DNA from: Nitrospirota bacterium
GTDB taxonomy: Bacteria > Nitrospirota > UBA9217
Reading direction: 5' to 3'
NCBI GenBank assembly: GCA_029858565.1
Contig: JAOUEV010000066.1
Span: forward strand, 1-16,630
Length of the DNA: 16,630 nucleotides
The notes under the pieces are model-generated. The model was not told the DNA's origin, made no database searches, and saw only the letters and a list, made by a program, of their open reading frames with translations. The position numbers and the translations under genes were made by a program. This document shows positions 14,834-16,630 of the stretch, one piece after another (positions within the stretch are counted from its first letter, which is position 1; every line of letters begins with the position of its first letter).

Positions 14834-15758
14834 TTTGCATCTGAAATAAATAATAAGCGCGGGCGATTAGCTTGGTCATATCCCGAGCGAAGCACGCTCC
14901 GATTGCGATTAATGTGACATAGGGTGTGCTTCCCCACCATTGCCAATGGCGACTGCGCAGCATCGGACTGACAATGCCGCGTATTGTGATACCGCTTGCC
15001 AAAAGAGAGATTGACATTAACGGGAAATATATAATAATGGTAACAATAAAAGCCAGAAGCATAAGACTGAACCACAATATTTTAGCGGATACAATTCCGC
15101 TGCGGATTGCGCTTTTCTCATAACTCCACCACTTGCTCATGAGTTGATACGCCGAAGTCGGGAAATGTCGATAATATACTAGAGCACTATTACATACTTG
15201 ACGAGGTCCATAAATAAGTTCAAATTTCTTGAGCCAGACAATGTCTTCTGTCGCTCGTAAATCTTCACGAAAAAGACCAGCAGATTCAAATACGGAACGA
15301 TGAAATAGCGATGCTGGAAGTGCTGGATGGAAAGCGCCACAGCCGTAGGATATTGCGCAAACTGCTTTTTGAAAAGCCATGTCTGCATCAAACTGACAAA
15401 GGCCATAAACCGCATTCTGCATATTTGATCGAGCATAGTTCATTAAATTCTCAAGCCACGTTTTCTCTGGAACCAGTCCTGCATCAAGAAATGCAATCCA
15501 ATTAGAGCAAGCTTCCTGTATTCCTTTGTTTCTATTCCCTCCAGGAAGTCCGCCCGTATTCAACAGAGTGCGTATCGAAAGAAGACTGTCGGCAGTATTG
15601 GCGTAGTTAGTTATTATATTGATGCTGTCGTCGCTTGATCCTGAATCCACAAAGATAATCTCGCGGGGAAGCAGGGTTTGGGCGACAATCGCATCAATTA
15701 AGGGTTTTAACGTCTTGGATTCATTGTAGATTGGTATGATAATCGAAATATCATTCAT
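14802..15758 (-). CDS. Glycosyltransferase family 2 with C-terminal membrane segments
   Basis: ISIIIPIYNE, EIIFVDSGSSD, RNKGI, AFLDAG, F.EDL..TED and hydrophobic C-terminal helices. Confidence 0.88.
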   Translation of the reverse strand: MNDISIIIPIYNESKTLKPLIDAIVAQTLLPREIIFVDSGSSDDSINIITNYANTADSLLSIRTLLNTGGLPGGNRNKGIQEACSNWIAFLDAGLVPEKTWLENLMNYARSNMQNAVYGLCQFDADMAFQKAVCAISYGCGAFHPALPASLFHRSVFESAGLFREDLRATEDIVWLKKFELIYGPRQVCNSALVYYRHFPTSAYQLMSKWWSYEKSAIRSGIVSAKILWFSLMLLAFIVTIIIYFPLMSISLLASGITIRGIVSPMLRSRHWQWWGSTPYVTLIAIGACFARDMTKLIARAYYLFQMQSDNLSRRERA

Positions 15759-15760
15759 GA

Positions 15761-16564
15761 TTATTTATTGCTGCGATCGGTAGAGCGCCATCGATACCAG
15801 TCCCAGTCACCTCGCAGTTTCTGATCAAATATCAGCATATCGTCTTGAGCCCAGATATCCGTTCTGCAAAGAAGCAAAGGATCACGGTCCGGTGGATTAA
15901 CATCAAACCTGCTGCAGGCACCAAGATGATATCCAACCTGATTAGCCATGTTACGAACCCTATCATTGACTGAACCATTAGGATAGGAAATCATATCGAT
16001 TTCCCTTCCAAGTAGGTCTTCCAAATAATATTTACTGCCAACTAACTCATTGTGTAAATTGCGATCATTGCTTTCTGTAAGGTGGGGATGATTAATTGAA
16101 TGAGATCCTATCTGTGCTCCTGGTAAAACAGCAAGATGTTTTACATCATCACGATTTAGAAAACCTGCACGCTTCTCTGCAACGGCTCCAGTGCATATAA
16201 AAACCGTAAATGGTATTCCTAGACTAATAAGCAAAGGTGCTGCTGCAAGTAGATTATCACGATACCCATCGTCGAATGTCAGCGCGATATGTAATGAAGA
16301 TCCAACATCCAGGGAAGATTTATCCAATTGTACAAGGTGGTTAGCATAATTTGTTGCCAGAAAGCGCATCTGTTCTTCAAATCTCGCAACTGACATACTG
16401 TACAGACCGTGGATATCACCGGCAACCGGTGTCCCAATAGCGTGATACATGAGAATGCGTAGTCCCGGACGAGGAACTCCGCTAGTACGATAACGACTGT
16501 ACGCAAATGTGGCGGCCCGGTAGGCTTGTTTTCGAAGCATGGCTGTGAGACTATTTCCCATCAC
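15761..16564 (-). CDS. Polysaccharide deacetylase (CE4/NodB-homology)
   Basis: RILMYH, ALTFDDGY, IGSHSINHPHL (H-x3-H metal ligands) and SYPNG. Confidence 0.9.
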   Translation of the reverse strand: MMGNSLTAMLRKQAYRAATFAYSRYRTSGVPRPGLRILMYHAIGTPVAGDIHGLYSMSVARFEEQMRFLATNYANHLVQLDKSSLDVGSSLHIALTFDDGYRDNLLAAAPLLISLGIPFTVFICTGAVAEKRAGFLNRDDVKHLAVLPGAQIGSHSINHPHLTESNDRNLHNELVGSKYYLEDLLGREIDMISYPNGSVNDRVRNMANQVGYHLGACSRFDVNPPDRDPLLLCRTDIWAQDDMLIFDQKLRGDWDWYRWRSTDRSNK

Positions 16565-16629
16565 ATCCCTTGCGAGCGACGCTTTATCATGAAATTCGCA
16601 ACACGACGGAGAACAGAAGATGTCGCCCA
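16561..16629 (-). CDS. 3' end of an upstream gene (truncated by window edge), product unknown
   Basis: Open frame WATSSVLRRVANFMIKRRSQGM-stop whose TGA overlaps the deacetylase GTG (GTGA coupling). Too short to assign. Confidence 0.4.
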   Translation of the reverse strand, partial: WATSSVLRRVANFMIKRRSQGM

Positions 16630-16630
16630 G

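Noticed and set aside
1-16630. CRISPR array, tRNA/rRNA, intact transposase or integrase, ops/JUMPstart element
   Set aside because: None seen. Intergenic gaps are short and lack regularly spaced repeats, and the 5' leader of the cluster lies outside the window.

Overview
Bacterial chromosomal window with two convergent gene blocks. The + strand block (1-4054, about 60% GC in sampled lines) is a tightly overlapping run: lon (3' part), Zn-ribbon class I methyltransferase, lipA, a second paralogous methyltransferase, and a GT2 glycosyltransferase. The - strand block (4173-16630) is the distal part of a Wzy-type surface-polysaccharide cluster. In transcription order it holds a CE4 deacetylase, GT2, a Wzy-like polymerase, GT4, a WbpV-like SDR, a small phosphoglycosyl transferase, a PglF/CapD-like dehydratase, an SLBB export protein, a short Wzz and a small putative outer-membrane beta-barrel. 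A 28-bp XerC/XerD dif-like site (4081-4108) lies in the gap where the two blocks meet. The most notable observations are the lipoyl synthase sandwiched between twin methyltransferases and a glycosyltransferase, the dif site, a group-4-capsule-like minimal export trio, and a GC-rich hairpin that may be an IS200/IS605 end remnant. All calls come from reading motifs by eye; no database searches were run.
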